Shown piece after piece: positions 63,133 through 64,000 of a DNA stretch of 64,000 nucleotides; the first letter of the stretch is position 1, and each line of letters opens with the position of its first letter. Where the stretch lies: positions 99,139,552 through 99,203,551 of the forward strand of contig NC_068984.1 in the NCBI RefSeq assembly GCF_001194135.2, given 5' to 3'. This DNA is from Octopus bimaculoides. Lineage: Eukaryota. Made by a program: the position numbers and the translations under genes. The notes beneath the pieces were generated by a model, which worked only from the letters and a program-made list of their open reading frames with translations, was not told the DNA's origin and made no database searches.

Positions 63133-63362
63133 CAAGGTTGGCCAAAAGTCACCTGACAGTAAATCAAAATTCCATAAATACTATCTGTAATTCTGTATTG
63201 ACTCAAATGGAAAGATGTGTCATGCAAGAAGAGCTTCAGTTTGAACAATTCTCATGTTTCATATTTAGATGCTTTTGTTAAATTCATTCAGTTGTTAAAC
63301 ATAAATAAATCTTGGAATTAAATGGTTTTGATTTACTGTCAGGTGATTTTTGGTCAACCCTG
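63133..63362. mobile_element. Tc1/mariner-type MITE (230 bp)
   Basis: ~37-bp TIRs caaggttggccaaaagtcacctgacagtaaatcaaaa / ttttgatttactgtcaggtgatttttggtcaaccctg, TA flanks. Confidence 0.88.
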
Positions 63363-63794
63363 TATAAAGAATGCTGTGATTGAAATTAGACACCTCTGCT
63401 TACATCTTTACTTCAACACCTGGCTGAACATGAAACAATAACAAAATTTTCACCCCATACCAAAATACATGCCTTCATAACTTTCTCTCGGTTTACACTT
63501 TACAAACATATACTTTCCTTTTATCTTTCTTGATTCCTTCTCCCTACAAAACTGCTTCACTGGTCTATGATTCACATAGCCTCCCACCACACAAAAAAAA
63601 AAGCAATCAATTTATGAAAGACTATACAAAGGCAGAAAGAAAAGTATAGTCTGATGAAGTAGAAACTTTGAAGTTACTGTCAACCTTTTTCCTTGGGAAA
63701 CTTAATATGACCTCAACTAAAATGTATTATGTAACCCTTCAGTTTAATGTTAAATCATATTTATATATTTCTTGACAGAAAAACATAGTTAAAG

Positions 63795-63850
63795 CAGTGC
63801 TCCAGCATGGCCACAGTCAAATGACTGAAACAAGTACAAGAATAAAAGAA
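63795..63850 (+). mobile_element. Isolated SINE-A/CR1 3' tail
   Basis: gcagtgctccagcatggccacagtcaaatgactgaaacaagtacaagaataaaagaat. Confidence 0.75.
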
Positions 63851-63863
63851 TATATATATAGTA

Positions 63864-63931
<68 letters not shown>

Positions 63932-64000
63932 TGTTGTACTTGGGGATGGTCATATTGCCAGTTTAGCCAATAAAAACACACGCACTGTATATTTGGTGTT

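Noticed and set aside
63648-63672. CTGATGAAGTAGAAAC as a hammerhead
   Set aside because: No stem II, no palindromic stem III and no stem I complement

Overview
AT-rich, repeat-dominated eukaryotic (animal) genomic DNA with seven assembly gaps. From the tRNA-derived SINE families and the dense (TA)n/(CA)n/(GAT)n/(AAT)n microsatellites I infer an Octopus/cephalopod genome; this is recognition, not a database result. No intact host gene can be demonstrated. There are only a few isolated exon candidates, and their strands conflict. Almost all identifiable sequence is decayed mobile DNA: a near full-length CR1-group LINE (~11.5-15.5 kb), two R4/Dong-type RLE retrotransposon 3' ends, several RTE fragments, four mariner (DD34D) copies, a Tc1 (DD34E), two maT-like (DD37D) elements, a MITE, a Helitron helicase/3' end and dozens of SINEs. 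The most interesting signal is a set of minimal type-I hammerhead ribozyme motifs of the Penelope-like-element/retrozyme kind (5 motifs, 3 sequence families). One is joined to a Pol III tRNA-like SINE head. Four sit in head-to-head fold-back inverted repeats. Two further fold-back hairpins appear to start at a hammerhead-like cleavage site. The CR1-group LINE also shares its 3' tail with the most abundant SINE, which suggests it is the partner LINE.
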